Origin: a virus | Taxonomy: Duplodnaviria > Caudoviricetes | IMG/VR virus record: IMGVR_UViG_3300012942_000024 | Coordinates: 1-38,282 of that record | Reading direction: 5' to 3' (one strand) | Length of the DNA stretch: 38,282 nucleotides | In this document: piece after piece, positions 1 through 7,137 of the stretch | Layout of the letters: each line of letters opens with the position of its first letter | Numbering within the stretch: the stretch's first letter is position 1 | Made by a program: the position numbers and the translations under genes | Notes under the pieces: model-generated | The model's input: only the letters and a program-made list of their open reading frames with translations | What the model was told of the DNA's origin: nothing | The model's database searches: none

Positions 1-123
1 CAACTCGCCGTGACACGCGTTCAGCGCGACGAAGCGGCCATTGACGAACTGCGCAAGGAAATCGAAAAGGCCGACGCGGAAGTGATCGCGATGGTGGACG
101 AACTCAACAACATGCAGAAGGCA
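1..123. repeat. Terminal direct overlap (identical to 38160-38282); circular assembly of a complete phage genome
   Basis: First 123 nt are identical to the last 123 nt, and the exonuclease ORF reads through the junction. Confidence 0.95.
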
Positions 124-131
124 ACCTAACC

Positions 132-464
132 ATGAGCGACATTCAATACATCAACGGCCTGATCGTGAAAGCGCCTAACGAACGCGCGCCGGAGTACGTG
201 AAGGCGAAACTGTCCATCAAGCGTGCGGAGCTGATCGAGTGGCTGCAAGGTCAGCCTGGCGATTGGATTAACGCCGACGTGAAAGTGTCGCAGGGCGGCA
301 AGTGGTATTGCGCCGTGGATACGTGGAAGCCGAACAGCGGCCAGTCCGACCGTCCTGCCCAGCGCCAGGAATCGAAGCGCGAGGCGAGCTATGGCAATGG
401 CCCCGCGCCGGGTTTCGATGACGAGATCCCGTTTCATCCCATCCCGCGCCGGCAGTTGTGGTGA
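132..464 (+). CDS. Putative phage single-stranded DNA-binding protein
   Basis: 110 aa; follows ERF and exonuclease; flexible tail with an acidic FDDEIPF motif typical of SSB C-termini. Confidence 0.6.
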   Translation: MSDIQYINGLIVKAPNERAPEYVKAKLSIKRAELIEWLQGQPGDWINADVKVSQGGKWYCAVDTWKPNSGQSDRPAQRQESKREASYGNGPAPGFDDEIPFHPIPRRQLW

Positions 465-502
465 TGGGTTTGGCCGTCACCCGCGACGGCATGGAGAACG
501 AA

Positions 503-808
503 ATGAGCGACGAACCGAAATTGTGGGCGATGCACGTACCGGGGCCGGACGACGTGTTTGCGATGGCGAGTGAAGAAGCGGCGCACGCGGCCGTGGCCTA
601 GCACAACAAGGCCGTGGCCGAAATGGGGCTTGCCGAGCGCTTTGGCATGACGCCAGAGCAGGTGAGCGCCCGCGTGATCGAGTGGCCGCACAGCGCAGAG
701 TCGCACGCCGAATCACTGGCAAGCGGCGATCCGGATGTGATGGATACGACGAACGGTGGCGGCATTCCAGACAGCCTGTTCAACGCGCTGCACGGAACTG
801 ATGCATAA
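503..808 (+). pseudogene. Hypothetical protein interrupted by an in-frame TAG at 599-601
   Basis: GGAG RBS and ATG at 503 (MSDEPKLWAMHVPGPDD...AAVA*HNKAVAEMG...), in frame with track ORF 614..808. Confidence 0.65.
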
Positions 809-872
809 CACTGGAGGTAAGCCGTGAGAACGAGCGCAGCGAGTGAGCATCGGCTTGACCGACGAGTTAGCC
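803..872 (-). other. Integron attC site 1
   Basis: Minus strand: GGCTAAC-5nt-GGTCAAGC...GCTTACC-6nt-GTTATGC; imperfect palindrome with R''/L''/L'/R' layout. Confidence 0.85.
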
Positions 873-1126
873 GCGACTGGTGGGCGATTGAGGTGGCGGG
901 CTACGGCGGTTTTGCGTTTTACGGGACGGAAGACGAGGCCGAAGATATGCGCGTGCACAAAGCGCGGTGGGAGGGCGGCGTGGGCAGGAAGCGGAAGGCC
1001 GAACAGGACGACCCGATTGTGCTGAGGCAGATGGATTGGGTGAGACATGAAATTGAGTGCAAGTATCCGCGCAGCGGAGACAGAGAACGCGCAGAAACGG
1101 CTGCCGTTTTGACGGCTAACGATTAA
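824..1126 (+). CDS. Hypothetical cassette protein
   Basis: 100-aa ORF; GGAGG and GTG start lie inside attC1, stop lies inside attC2. Confidence 0.6.
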   Translation: MRTSAASEHRLDRRVSRDWWAIEVAGYGGFAFYGTEDEAEDMRVHKARWEGGVGRKRKAEQDDPIVLRQMDWVRHEIECKYPRSGDRERAETAAVLTAND

Positions 1127-1171
1127 GTTGAGCGGTGAGCGAAGCGAATCCGCTCGAACGCGGAGTTAGAC
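1114..1171 (-). other. Integron attC site 2
   Basis: Minus strand: GTCTAAC-TCCGC-GTTCGAGC...GCTCAAC-TTAATC-GTTAGCC. Confidence 0.88.
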
Positions 1172-1182
1172 GACAACCATGA

Positions 1183-1377
1183 TAGGCGTGAGAGGTGGAG
1201 ACTTGAGCAAGGCAAAAGCCCGGAGTGCTGTGCGTATCACGGTGCCCCGTAAGCAGGTTGGGGCGTATCCCCGGCCGAATCCGTTAAATGACCACGGAAA
1301 TCCGCGTTGGTGGTCAGCCGGGACCTGTATGGGCGGTGCGGAGTCTGGTTTGCTTGAGTCTCCACCTTTGACGCCTA
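1183..1377. ncRNA. Candidate structured non-coding RNA filling one cassette
   Basis: 1183-1210 pairs with 1350-1377 (~28 bp, G-U pairs, one mismatch); internal stems GCCCC/GGGGC, CCCGGC/GCCGGG and TGACCAC/GTGGTCA; only a weak ORF. Confidence 0.55.
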
Positions 1378-1429
1378 ACGACTGAATTCAGCGGCGCCGA
1401 TAGGCGTCCGCTGGAATGACTAGTTGGGC
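1373..1429 (-). other. Integron attC site 3
   Basis: Minus strand: GCCCAAC-TAGTC-ATTCCAGC GGACGCCTATCGGCGCC GCTGAAT-TCAGTC-GTTAGGC. Confidence 0.9.
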
Positions 1430-1457
1430 GTTTTGGCGACCGATTGGAGAATTGGAA

Positions 1458-1703
1458 ATGCAAAACATACTGATGAAGTTTGACCCTGCGACCGGCGAAG
1501 AAAGGCCGTACCCGAGCCATGCGGCGCAATGGCGCGAATGGCACGGAGGAACGGCATGGCTTTTCGATCCTTGGACGGGGCGGCGCCGCGATGCGCGAGA
1601 CGTAGGTGGCGACGTACACGGTCTGCTGATTGTGCCCGCCGGAACGCTCGGCATGGACATGGGCGGTGGTTGCTCGGAGAAAGACAATGTCGCGTGCGCT
1701 TGA
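1458..1703 (+). CDS. Hypothetical phage protein (Trp-rich)
   Basis: GGAG RBS, ATG at 1458; MQNILMKFDPATGEERPYPSHAAQWREWHG... Confidence 0.7.
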   Translation: MQNILMKFDPATGEERPYPSHAAQWREWHGGTAWLFDPWTGRRRDARDVGGDVHGLLIVPAGTLGMDMGGGCSEKDNVACA

Positions 1704-2319
1704 TGTGGTGACGCTGACCGGCGAGGAATACGACGACCTCATGGAATGCAAAGAGATGGTCGCCTCACTACTAGCCCAGTTGAGCGCCGCGAAAGACCGA
1801 ATTGCCGAATTGGCGCCAGTTGCTGGAATGGACTTGCGGGAAACGATGCAGCGCATGCTGACACGCATGGAGGAAACAGACCGCTGGCCTGCGATATGCG
1901 ACGAGGCGCGGGCCGTCCTGTCGCTGGCGAATGATGCCACCAGGGAGCCTGCCGCCTACCTGTGGGGCGGCTGCCTCTGGCGCACGGACGAAATGGGGCG
2001 CGGCAGACCTGGGGCAGTCGAACTGTATCGAGCGCAAACGCCGCTGACCGATGCCGACATTACCGCATTGCTTCCGATATGGCAGCAGGGATCATGGACG
2101 CTGCCAGACTACGGCAGATGGGTAGCGCGGGCCGTCGAGCGGGCGCACGGGATCAAGACATCGCACAACCTATGCCTATCCTGCGGGCACAGCATCGATG
2201 CCCACGACAGGCAATACGGCTGCGCAGAAGACGGGTGCGATTGTGAGACGCCCAACGCCGAGGATCACGCGCGGCGTAGCCGTCGCGTGGATTCTCTTGT
2301 TGGTCCTGACGGAGATTGA
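1687..2319 (+). CDS. Hypothetical mosaic phage accessory protein with a C-terminal Cys/His cluster
   Basis: ATG at 1687 after GGAG; REPAAY and WVARAVERAHGI segments; CxxCGHxxxxH...C motif; reads through attC4. Confidence 0.65.
   Translation: MSRALDVVTLTGEEYDDLMECKEMVASLLAQLSAAKDRIAELAPVAGMDLRETMQRMLTRMEETDRWPAICDEARAVLSLANDATREPAAYLWGGCLWRTDEMGRGRPGAVELYRAQTPLTDADITALLPIWQQGSWTLPDYGRWVARAVERAHGIKTSHNLCLSCGHSIDAHDRQYGCAEDGCDCETPNAEDHARRSRRVDSLVGPDGD
2250..2305 (-). other. Integron attC site 4
   Basis: Minus strand: GACCAAC-AAGAG-AATCCACG CGACGGCTACGCCGCG CGTGATC-CTCGGC-GTTGGGC. Confidence 0.8.
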
Positions 2320-2321
2320 CA

Positions 2322-2537
2322 ATGGAACCGACGCGAGAAGTTTGCATCCACGGCCGTCACTTGGTCCGAGAGTATTACTGGGCCGGCGAATACCCGGTCT
2401 ACCTTGACCAGCAACTGCAAGACGGCAAGACATTCGAGCAGGTCTGCCGTGAGGTCCGTGATACATCGCGAATGATGCCGCCCAACACCCAAGTTCAGCC
2501 GCGCCGCGAAGCGGCATCGGCTGCAACGCGTTGTTAG
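2322..2537 (+). CDS. Hypothetical cassette protein
   Basis: GGAG RBS, ATG at 2322; reads through attC5. Confidence 0.6.
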   Translation: MEPTREVCIHGRHLVREYYWAGEYPVYLDQQLQDGKTFEQVCREVRDTSRMMPPNTQVQPRREAASAATRC

Positions 2538-2539
2538 CC
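2480..2539 (-). other. Integron attC site 5
   Basis: Minus strand: GGCTAAC-AACGC-GTTGCAGC CGATGCCGCTTCGCGGCGCG GCTGAAC-TTGGGT-GTTGGGC; 60 bp. Confidence 0.92.
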
Positions 2540-2569
2540 TGCATTGCATAGGAGATTGACGCCATTATT

Positions 2570-2803
2570 TTGGACACGAAGTATGACGAGGAAGTGAATG
2601 GGTATGTGGTTGGGCGGTATCAGTTGATTTGCTCGCTGCGGTACGACGGCAGAAAGCAAGGCTCGACGATTTACGCCGAGACGGAAGAGGAAGCGGTGCG
2701 CATTGCTGAGGACAGGAAGGCGGAAATTATTCGAGAGTGCGGCGCGGCTGCTTGTGACATTTTCCCGCTCGACGCATGGGAGCTTCGCGTTCATGCGGGC
2801 TAA
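2570..2803 (+). CDS. Hypothetical cassette protein (start uncertain)
   Basis: 77-aa ORF whose TAA stop is within the attC6 core GGCTAAC. Confidence 0.55.
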   Translation: MDTKYDEEVNGYVVGRYQLICSLRYDGRKQGSTIYAETEEEAVRIAEDRKAEIIRECGAAACDIFPLDAWELRVHAG

Positions 2804-2857
2804 CACCGGAGATAAGCCGCGTAGCGAAGCTACGTCGGCTTGATTGACTAGTTATGC
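2798..2857 (-). other. Integron attC site 6
   Basis: Minus strand: GCATAAC-TAGTC-AATCAAGC CGACGTAGCTTCGCTACGCG GCTTATC-TCCGGT-GTTAGCC. Confidence 0.9.
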
Positions 2858-2876
2858 GGCAAAACAGGAGTACGAA

Positions 2877-3134
2877 ATGCTCAGGAACAAAGTAGGCGGC
2901 ATGGCGATGGTGACCCCGTGGCCGGAAGCGTCGGAGGCAATCAAGCGGCACGCCGGGACGGTTGTTGTGTGCGTTGAGCATGGCCCTTGTGGGCTTGGCG
3001 GTGACGCATGGACGACCTCTCCGACCCTGCGCTGCGAGCATGATCTTGTGATCGCTTGGGACGATCAGGACTTGCTGCCGCTTGGCGACAACCCCGATGA
3101 AGCCGAGGTCGCTCGCGGCGCGGTTGCCGCATAA
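2877..3134 (+). CDS. Hypothetical cassette protein
   Basis: AGGAG RBS, ATG at 2877; stop within GCATAAC at 3129-3135. Confidence 0.6.
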   Translation: MLRNKVGGMAMVTPWPEASEAIKRHAGTVVVCVEHGPCGLGGDAWTTSPTLRCEHDLVIAWDDQDLLPLGDNPDEAEVARGAVAA

Positions 3135-3190
3135 CACGTAATAGACCCCAAAAAGCGCGATATGCACCTTCGTGCTACGCGGCAGTTAAT
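3129..3190 (-). other. attI-like (non-palindromic) recombination boundary at the head of the cassette array
   Basis: Minus strand ...GGGGTCTATTACGT-GTTATGC; core matches the R'' of attC6 over 12 bp; no attC hairpin; AT-richer intergenic region. Confidence 0.5.
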
Positions 3191-3271
3191 CGCTGCAAAT
3201 GCATGTCCGCAAAGGCAATGCGCGGGGATTATCCGCAATAAACAAAATGGGAAAGACGACAAAGGGAAATC

Positions 3272-3622
3272 ATGAAAACCGCTGACATGCTCCCCAAGCT
3301 CGAAGCGTGGAAAGCCGCCATGGTCGAGATGGACAGGCAGTACGACGCGCTTAACGCGCTGCTCGGCCTATCGCCGGATTCGCCCTTCCCGCGTGCGATT
3401 CAAGATTTGCAGGCGGTCGCCACCGAAGCCACGGCCGAAACCGTGGGCGACGCCGGCGGCTGGCTGTCCTACTACTGGCTGGAATGCAACATGGGCGCGG
3501 GCATGCTCAGCGGCCGGCACGGCAGCGCGACCATCGGTGGCAAGGAGTACCCGATCCGCACGCTCAAGCAACTGGCGCGGGTGATCGTGGCGGACAACAG
3601 GCGGGAGTCGGTGGAATCGTGA
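3272..3622 (+). CDS. Hypothetical phage protein
   Basis: 116-aa ORF with RBS, overlapping the xis start (GTGA). Confidence 0.75.
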   Translation: MKTADMLPKLEAWKAAMVEMDRQYDALNALLGLSPDSPFPRAIQDLQAVATEATAETVGDAGGWLSYYWLECNMGAGMLSGRHGSATIGGKEYPIRTLKQLARVIVADNRRESVES

Positions 3623-3822
3623 GCCTTTGCCTCACCCGCGCTGAGTTGGCCGAACTGACCCGCACGAAGCTCAAGGCGGGCCAGGCCGCGTTCCTGCGCT
3701 CGAATGGCATCCGGCACTATGTGGACGCCCACGGCTGGCCGGTGGTGACCCGGGCGGCAGTTGAAGGCGAGCAGGACACGGAGCAAGCTTCCACCTCCTG
3801 GAAGCCGAACAAGGCCGCTTGA
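3619..3822 (+). CDS. xis: Excisionase-like protein (DUF4224-like)
   Basis: 67 aa, LTRAELAELT...QAAFLRSNGIRHYVDAHGWPVV; directly upstream of the integrase. Confidence 0.75.
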   Translation: MSLCLTRAELAELTRTKLKAGQAAFLRSNGIRHYVDAHGWPVVTRAAVEGEQDTEQASTSWKPNKAA

Positions 3823-3824
3823 CG

Positions 3825-4634
3825 ATGGGACGTCGCCCCGCTCGACCTGATGCCGTGCCGCGCCTGCGCGTGCGCAAGAAGCCATCCGGCACGATCTGCT
3901 ACTACTACGACCACGGCGGCAAGCCACGGCGCGAGGAGCCTCTTGGCAGCGACTACGGGCTGGCCATCAAACGCTGGGCTGAGATCGAGCGCGCCGGAGC
4001 GGAGAAGGCGGCGGCCGTCATCACGTTCCGCTACGTGGCCGATCGCTACCGCGCCATCGTCATCCCGACGAAAGCGCCCCGCACGCAGCTCGACAACGCG
4101 AAGGAGTTGAAGCAGCTGATCGCGTTCTTCGATGATCCACCCTGCCCGCTGGAGGCCATCGAGCCGCAGCATGTGCGGCAATACCTCGCGTGGCGCAGCC
4201 CGAAGGCGAAAATCCGCGCGAACCGGGAAAAAGCACTCCTGTCGCACATATGGAACTGGGCGCGAGGCGAAGGCTACACCGCGCTGGCCAACCCCTGCGC
4301 CGGCATCAAGGGCAACAAGGAAGCCGGACGGGATGTGTACATCGAGGATGACGTGTTCGCGGCCGTCTGGCGGCTCGCCGGTGGTCCGTTGCGCGACGCG
4401 ATGGACCTGGCCTACCTGACCGGCCAACGGGTGGCCGATACACTCCGAATGGATCAGCGCGACATGCGCGACGGGTTCCTGCACGTCAAGCAGGGCAAGA
4501 CGGGCACAAAACGGCGCATCGAGGTCACGGGCGATCTGGCCGCATTGATCGAGCGTATCGCAACGCTTGCGATTCCGTCGAATCGTGGAAGGCCCGCGCA
4601 CTTGAGGCCGAAGAAACGGCGGAGCGTTTGGTAG
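3825..4634 (+). pseudogene. int: Tyrosine integrase, C-terminally truncated
   Basis: Arm-binding and core-binding domains, LAYLTGQR (catalytic Arg) and QGKTG (Lys) are present; HxxR, His/Trp and Tyr motifs are absent; similarity is lost at ~4561. Confidence 0.85.
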
Positions 4635-4921
4635 CAGCGATGAATGACCTTACCGGCCCGACATTCATGGGTGAGCCGGTCTTGCCGAAGCCTGCAAAGC
4701 ACTGCGACCGTGGCCCGGATGACTGCGTTCAGTGCAGTGTGTTGGCCGGAACTTTCGCGGTGAAATCCGCCGCCCCGTCCGCGCCCGAGGGTGGGCATAT
4801 TGACCGTGCGCGGTTTGAGAAAGCCCCTTGCTATCTGTGCGGCTACAACGGCCCCGGGTACTACCAGCCGGGAACACATTCGTGCGCAGCCAAGTACCAC
4901 GCCACCCAGCCCGAGGAATGA
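4562..4921 (+). CDS. Hypothetical protein, probably 5'-truncated; C-terminal CYLCGY...H-C zinc-like motif
   Basis: Frame stays open upstream of track ORF 4628 (NACDSVESWKARALEAEETAERL...) back to the integrase breakpoint. Confidence 0.55.
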   Translation, partial: NACDSVESWKARALEAEETAERLVAAMNDLTGPTFMGEPVLPKPAKHCDRGPDDCVQCSVLAGTFAVKSAAPSAPEGGHIDRARFEKAPCYLCGYNGPGYYQPGTHSCAAKYHATQPEE

Positions 4922-5205
4922 CGATGCCCATGAATGAAGAAGTGCGGAAGGCGCTTGATCGTGTGCAAATCATCTGCGACGAGTGGGCCGACATTCCCAT
5001 AGCCGACTGGCACACGCTCAACAACGAACTAACCCGCCTTACCGAAATCGCCGATTCCGTCGATCCACTGGTCGTGCGGCTGGGTGAGGTGACGACGCGG
5101 CTTGAGGCGGCGGATGCGCTGCTGCGGGAAGTGTATGACCACGGCGAGAACATGGCGCTACACGAGAAAATCGCCGCCCACCTTTCGGAGAACACCCATG
5201 GCTGA
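4918..5205 (+). CDS. Hypothetical phage protein
   Basis: ATGA overlap with the upstream ORF; helical 95 aa. Confidence 0.65.
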   Translation: MTMPMNEEVRKALDRVQIICDEWADIPIADWHTLNNELTRLTEIADSVDPLVVRLGEVTTRLEAADALLREVYDHGENMALHEKIAAHLSENTHG

Positions 5206-5262
5206 GACGCTGGTGCACATCCATGCGCCGCTGCCGTGCAAACGGACTTGCCGGCGTGCTAC

Positions 5263-5577
5263 TCACGGTCGCGATGTAGCTTTCATCCGCGATGGCGCGT
5301 TCAACGCCTTACACGCGTCGGCCGCGTTCTTGTTCGGCGCCACCCAGCATTTTTCCGCAACGCCATGGCAGTTGTGCGCCAGCAACTGGTCAGCCGTGCG
5401 CGGCGCCATGATGTCCGTCTTTGCCGGCACGATGGCATGCCAGCCGGCGCACGGGTCGCCGGATGGCCTACTCTGCCCAGTCTGACAGCCGGCCAGCAGC
5501 AGTATCAGGGGGAGCGTCACCAAGAGAGACACCGGGCGCCGCATCGGGTAGCCGCTCAACGGCAGCATCAGTTTCAT
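5263..5577 (-). CDS. o-spanin (Rz1-like lipoprotein)
   Basis: Lipobox LLLAGC; overlaps the i-spanin in another frame; last gene of the lysis cassette. Confidence 0.75.
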   Translation of the reverse strand: MKLMLPLSGYPMRRPVSLLVTLPLILLLAGCQTGQSRPSGDPCAGWHAIVPAKTDIMAPRTADQLLAHNCHGVAEKCWVAPNKNAADACKALNAPSRMKATSRP

Positions 5578-5761
5578 GTCGTGACTCCAATTGTTTGGCC
5601 TTCGCCTTCGCCGCCTGCGCGGCCTCCTGTGCAGCTCGCGTCTTGCCCTGCTCCGCTGCCTTGCCCTTGGCCCTGCCGTACAGCACGGCGGCGCCAAGCG
5701 CGGCCAGGAGCGCGCCAATGGCGGCCAGCCAGCGAGTGAGCCAGCTCACAACAGGTTCCAT
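5468..5761 (-). CDS. i-spanin (Rz-like)
   Basis: N-terminal transmembrane segment plus Ala/Lys-rich coiled coil, downstream of the endolysin. Confidence 0.75.
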   Translation of the reverse strand: MEPVVSWLTRWLAAIGALLAALGAAVLYGRAKGKAAEQGKTRAAQEAAQAAKAKAKQLESRHETDAAVERLPDAAPGVSLGDAPPDTAAGRLSDWAE

Positions 5762-5843
5762 GCGACGGCGGCCGCGATGTACACGCCGAGGACGACAAGA
5801 CAGGCCCATACGATGCCACGCGCCGTGTTCAGATCGTCGTCCT

Positions 5844-6335
5844 TCATGCCGTCACCGCCTTCACCGCTGCCATGTAGTTGCCGCCCCAGCGGTCCCGATG
5901 CGGCTTGCCCGGGCGCCAGTTGCGCACGTAGTAATCCCACGCCCCCTGCTCGTCGCCGACGCCCGGTAGACGCAGTGGATCGGTCCACAGCAGCAGCCGC
6001 GCCAACCCGGCGGCCAGCTCGTCGTTCTCGGTCAGCGCCCAGTACACCGCCGCTTCCGTGGGGGGCACGTCGAACTGCTCGCACAACGTCCGGGCCCATC
6101 CTTCCGATGTGCGGTGTTTCAGCACGCCGCGCACGCCGCCACCCTTCTCGAATTGCCATAGGCCATGGGCTGGGCCCCCCACCTGCGCGCGCGTGCGGAA
6201 GCCCGATTCCTGTCCGCCGATCGCCAGCAGCATCACGGCAGCCGCGTCGGTGGACAGCGGACGTGGCAACAGGCGCAACGCCGGCATGACGACGGCGGAC
6301 AGCACGCGTTCCGGGGTGGCGGGAAGATCGAGCAT
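5844..6335 (-). CDS. Endolysin (lysozyme-like fold)
   Basis: AIGGQES...GPAHGLWQFE motif; lies between holin and spanins. Confidence 0.75.
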   Translation of the reverse strand: MLDLPATPERVLSAVVMPALRLLPRPLSTDAAAVMLLAIGGQESGFRTRAQVGGPAHGLWQFEKGGGVRGVLKHRTSEGWARTLCEQFDVPPTEAAVYWALTENDELAAGLARLLLWTDPLRLPGVGDEQGAWDYYVRNWRPGKPHRDRWGGNYMAAVKAVTA

Positions 6336-6574
6336 CACGCGCCCGCCTGATCGGTGTCGTCCGGCTTCGGCGATTGGTCGATCAGCCGCCCGTACACGCC
6401 GGCCGTTGCCGTGACCAACGTGATAACCGCCAGCCACCCGGCCGGCACCGCTGCGCGCCAGTCGGCCGGCAGGTTCAGCCAGATTCCCGGCAGCGCGCCA
6501 GTGATCGCCAGCGCGTGCACGGACAGCCAGCGCCACGCGCGTTTCCAGTTGGGCACCAATTCCGGCTTCTTCAT
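6335..6574 (-). CDS. Putative holin
   Basis: 79 aa, LVPNWKRAWRWLSV, two hydrophobic segments, upstream of the endolysin. Confidence 0.75.
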   Translation of the reverse strand: MKKPELVPNWKRAWRWLSVHALAITGALPGIWLNLPADWRAAVPAGWLAVITLVTATAGVYGRLIDQSPKPDDTDQAGA

Positions 6575-6918
6575 CGCGTCCACCCCTTCGCTTTCGTGCT
6601 GCCGCCGTCCTCAAGCCGCCCCACGCGGCGGATGAGTTCGGCCTGATTGGTTTCGAGTTTCGTGATGCGCATGGACAGGCCCGGCACATCCGCGAGCTGT
6701 GTGTTCATTACCGCGAGCTGTGAATTCATCACCGCCAGTTGCGTCACGGTGTCTTGTTGCGCCTTGCTCTGCGCATCCATGCGGTCGGAGAACGTCGAGT
6801 AGATCCGGTAACCGCCAGCCACCAGTGCAGCGGCGCCCAGCCCAACCACCCATCGCTCGACAGGGCCAAGCCGGAAGGTCACATGCCCATCGCTGGCGCG
6901 TTCGGTTTCCACGGTCAT
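6571..6918 (-). CDS. Membrane protein of the lysis cassette (holin/antiholin-like)
   Basis: One transmembrane segment plus coiled coil; position in the lysis cassette. Confidence 0.6.
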   Translation of the reverse strand: MTVETERASDGHVTFRLGPVERWVVGLGAAALVAGGYRIYSTFSDRMDAQSKAQQDTVTQLAVMNSQLAVMNTQLADVPGLSMRITKLETNQAELIRRVGRLEDGGSTKAKGWTR

Positions 6919-7137
6919 GCACAAATCCAGATGGTGATTGCCAGCGCGATCACGGCCAGCAACGTCAGCACTTCGGCAACGCGGTTGATGTCGTCGTGGC
7001 GGCGGCGGGGGTTCATGCGCTAGCTCCAGGAAGATGCACCACCCAGCCGAAGGCTTCCGGCTGCGGTAGTTGTGCGATGGCAGCCAAGCCCTCGACGGCC
7101 ACGCGCACGGAGTCGCGCAGAAGGTGTTGTTGCGGCG

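Noticed and set aside
599-601. Genome-wide amber (TAG) recoding
   Set aside because: Only one in-frame TAG was seen, core genes are uninterrupted in the standard code, TAG appears to end other ORFs (e.g. 26583, 33918), and no suppressor tRNA was found
803-2857. The spaced palindromes as a CRISPR array or as rho-independent terminators
   Set aside because: The repeats are divergent in sequence, the intervals are 170-820 bp and gene-sized, no cas genes or U-tracts are present, and the geometry fits attC
3825-4634. Phage integrase acting as the integron integrase (IntI) for the array
   Set aside because: It has a phage arm-binding N-terminus, is paired with xis, shows no IntI-type features and lacks the catalytic C-terminus
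5198-5485. Plus-strand ORF MAETLVHIH... as a full gene
   Set aside because: Most of it overlaps the o-spanin on the opposite strand; at best it is a truncated remnant at the junction of converging operons
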